A stretch of 64,000 nt of DNA, taken from positions 3,465 to 67,464 of the forward strand of contig JAQGDQ010001052.1 in the NCBI GenBank assembly GCA_030141605.1. Reading direction: 5' to 3'. Numbering within the stretch: the first letter of the stretch is position 1; each line of letters opens with the position of its first letter. The DNA is from Tubiluchus corallicola (taxonomy: Eukaryota > Animalia > Priapulida). The notes beneath the pieces were generated by a model. The model was not told the DNA's origin and made no database searches. It saw only the letters and a list, made by a program, of their open reading frames with translations. Both the position numbers and the translations under genes were made by a program. Below, piece by piece: positions 63,201-64,000 of the stretch.

Positions 63201-63621
63201 ATCATAGATCACGCATCACACATTGCGAATCATAGATCACGCATCACACATTGCGAATCATAGATCACGCATCACACATTGCGAATCATAGATCACACAT
63301 CACACATTGCGAATCATAGATCACGCATCACACATTGCGAATCATAGATCACGCATCACACATTGCGAATCATAGATCACGCATTACCTGAACACGGATT
63401 CGTAACTTTGACTAAAAAAGGTGATCCATTCTGTAAAATTAAACAACGATTTGTCTGTGGTTTTAATGATCAAATTCTATTATTTGATTTTAGTTCAGTG
63501 GGCGGTAACATTTCTTGGCAAAAACTACTCTCCCTTTCATCACAGCGAAGCAGCATGCAGTCCAGCTACCTGACGGATGATCGACTCGTAGCTAATGGTT
63601 TCAAGATTGAAGTTAAAGAAG
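40555..63621 (+). CDS. PMS1: PMS1 homolog 1 (MutL family: GHKL ATPase, transducer domain, HMG box), multi-exon; continues beyond window
   Basis: Exons 40555-40686, 41572-41705, 43560-43711, 46914-47188, 50294-50413, 52397-52546, 53057-54016, 55539-55728, 56673-56796, 57881-57962, 59135-59283, 62365-62571, 63494-63621, all in phase. Motifs: [80 protein letters not shown], an HMG box (specific to PMS1 among MutL proteins), and [18 protein letters not shown]. Confidence 0.95.
40735..41468. mobile_element. MITE family C copy 2
   Basis: Shares internal blocks such as GTGTTGTGTCTGGATAGTTGAAATTTTCT with the other two copies. Confidence 0.72.
41572..41705 (+). CDS. PMS1: PMS1 exon 2
   Basis: [19 protein letters not shown]...[11 protein letters not shown]. 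Confidence 0.95.
42376..43420. repeat. 92-bp tandem repeat, ~11 copies
   Basis: TGTAATTACATTACAATATGCGATG recurs every 92 bp. Confidence 0.96.
43560..43711 (+). CDS. PMS1: PMS1 exon 3
   Basis: [12 protein letters not shown]...KPSHLET(G). Confidence 0.95.
43781..44400. repeat. ~103-bp tandem repeat, 6 copies, spanning a TE end and its flank
   Basis: CCAGTCCAATTGCAATAAACAG recurs; the unit includes the AGTTTACAATT terminus. Confidence 0.93.
45944..46980. repeat. 94/95-bp tandem repeat, 11 copies, spanning the PMS1 exon 4 acceptor
   Basis: TTTTTTACCAG|GAAC with exon-start positions at 45972, 46066, 46160, 46254, 46348, 46443, 46537, 46631, 46725, 46820 and 46914. Confidence 0.97.
46914..47188 (+). 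CDS. PMS1: PMS1 exon 4 (acceptor amplified in the 94-bp array)
   Basis: [45 protein letters not shown]...VVWQK...RDQ. Only the 11th acceptor gives this intact frame. Confidence 0.9.
47565..49112. repeat. 85-bp tandem repeat, ~18 copies
   Basis: AGCGGTTTGCTTTGAATCTGTCACCCGC recurs every ~85 bp. Confidence 0.96.
49880..50184. mobile_element. MITE family D copy 3 (partial)
   Basis: Shares GTTCCCAAGCAAGATCCTGCTAGTAAATC and other blocks with the other copies. Confidence 0.68.
50294..50413 (+). CDS. PMS1: PMS1 exon 5
   Basis: [10 protein letters not shown]...[17 protein letters not shown]. Confidence 0.88.
50828..51277. repeat. 163-bp tandem repeat, ~2.7 copies
   Basis: TTAAACACTTCTCAGAGACTAAGG occurs three times. 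Confidence 0.93.
51785..52298. mobile_element. MITE with nested family E fragment
   Basis: 13-bp TIR CAGGGATGAGAAT, flanked by TA. Confidence 0.7.
52397..52546 (+). CDS. PMS1: PMS1 exon 6
   Basis: [31 protein letters not shown]. Confidence 0.93.
53057..54016 (+). CDS. PMS1: PMS1 exon 7 (large disordered linker with 3 x 27-aa repeat)
   Basis: 960-nt open exon [16 protein letters not shown]...[16 protein letters not shown]. Confidence 0.9.
53249..53497 (+). repeat. 81-bp coding tandem repeat x3 within PMS1 exon 7
   Basis: [21 protein letters not shown] repeated three times. Confidence 0.92.
54312..55045. mobile_element. MITE family C copy 3
   Basis: TTAACTCTTTCGGGAC...TCCTGAAGGAATTAA. Confidence 0.75.
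55325..55460. repeat. 31-bp tandem repeat, ~4 copies
   Basis: Unit GTATCGTGATACATATCATATCATGAGGTTC. Confidence 0.9.
55539..55728 (+). CDS. PMS1: PMS1 exon 8
   Basis: PVKVF...[18 protein letters not shown] (first half of the HMG box). Confidence 0.82.
56673..56796 (+). CDS. PMS1: PMS1 exon 9 (donor amplified in a 33-bp array)
   Basis: [31 protein letters not shown] (second half of the HMG box); donor GG|gtgagt. Confidence 0.88.
56790..57280. repeat. 33-bp tandem repeat, 15 copies, spanning the PMS1 exon 9 donor
   Basis: Unit TGCCAGG|GTGAGTACTGTTCAAATGTGAAGTGA. Confidence 0.96.
57881..57962 (+). CDS. PMS1: PMS1 exon 10
   Basis: Lys-rich CSKKKSRTP...; phase 2 to phase 0 bridges its neighbours exactly. 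Confidence 0.65.
59135..59283 (+). CDS. PMS1: PMS1 exon 11
   Basis: [12 protein letters not shown]...[17 protein letters not shown]; phase 0 to phase 2. Confidence 0.72.
59410..60330. repeat. 92-bp pyrimidine-rich tandem repeat, ~10 copies
   Basis: CATGTCTACTAACCCTAACCATTC recurs every 92 bp. Confidence 0.95.
60510..60857. repeat. 23-bp tandem repeat, ~15 copies
   Basis: Unit AACCAGGCTTCATAGACTTACAC. Confidence 0.95.
60931..61741. mobile_element. Tc1/pogo-like MITE containing an internal 88-bp x3 tandem repeat (61261-61522)
   Basis: Imperfect TIR AGTAAACTA...TAGTTTACTGTA, with subterminal (TTC)GAGTTA repeats. Confidence 0.55.
62365..62571 (+). CDS. PMS1: PMS1 exon 12 (3' end and donor amplified in a 33-bp array)
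   Basis: LIGQL..VWL...[33 protein letters not shown]; first donor AG|gtacgt. Confidence 0.88.
62544..63123. repeat. 33-bp tandem repeat, ~17.5 copies, spanning the PMS1 exon 12 donor, in frame
   Basis: Unit TGGACTTACCTGTAAATTTAACTGAAAG|GTACG; translates as ([11 protein letters not shown])n in the PMS1 frame. Confidence 0.97.
63161..63385. repeat. 28-bp tandem repeat, ~8 copies
   Basis: Unit CACACATTGCGAATCATAGATCACGCAT. Confidence 0.95.
63494..63621 (+). CDS. PMS1: PMS1 exon 13
   Basis: SVGG...[18 protein letters not shown]. Confidence 0.88.
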
Positions 63622-63734
63622 GTGCTTTACATTTTTACTGCTTGTTAACCATAAATATTTATTTATTTCCACATTTTTGGTAATTAACAACTGTTTATAA
63701 TAGCCAGTTTGTCTTATGATTAAACAAAATGTTT

Positions 63735-64000
63735 GAAGTGTTGTGTTTGATATGTTTGGTGTCTAAACATATGATTAAAGTGTTTGTTTTTGATATGTTT
63801 GGTATCTAAATGTATGTTTACTAAAGTGTTTGTTTTTGATATTCTAAACATGTTTACTAAAGTGTTTGTTTTTTATATGTTTGGTATCTAAACATATGTT
63901 TACTAAAGTGTTTGTTTTTTATATGTTTGGTATCTAAACATATGTTTACTAAAGTGTTTGTTTTTTATATGTTTGGTATCTAAACATATGTTTACTAAAG
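63735..64000. repeat. ~46-bp tandem repeat running off the window end
   Basis: Unit AAGTGTTTGTTTTTTATATGTTTGGTATCTAAACATATGTTTACTA. Confidence 0.88.

Overview
AT-rich, intron-rich animal (invertebrate-type) genomic DNA. Three spliced genes were reconstructed by hand, with GT/AG boundaries and reading phase checked at each junction. They are MINDY3/FAM188A (minus strand, 10 coding exons, last exon beyond the window start), LCMT2/TYW4 (plus strand, head-to-head with MINDY3, 10 coding exons, start exon unresolved) and PMS1 (plus strand, 13 coding exons, continuing past the window end). The introns carry a 5'-truncated RTE LINE with a TSD, decayed LINE fragments, a 5S-rRNA-headed SINE, a tRNA/V-SINE-like element, many MITE families and a Helitron-like element. 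About 21 unrelated minisatellite arrays (units 13-163 bp) make up roughly a quarter of the window. The most striking signal is that five arrays are amplified copies of a gene's own exon-intron junction. They produce 11-22 tandem splice sites each: four donor arrays and one acceptor array. In four arrays only the exon-proximal site preserves the ORF. In the fifth (PMS1 exon 12, 33-bp unit) every surviving donor is in frame and stop-free, so it could encode a variable-length 11-aa repeat insert. Most long ORFs in the ORF track are artefacts of these repeats.
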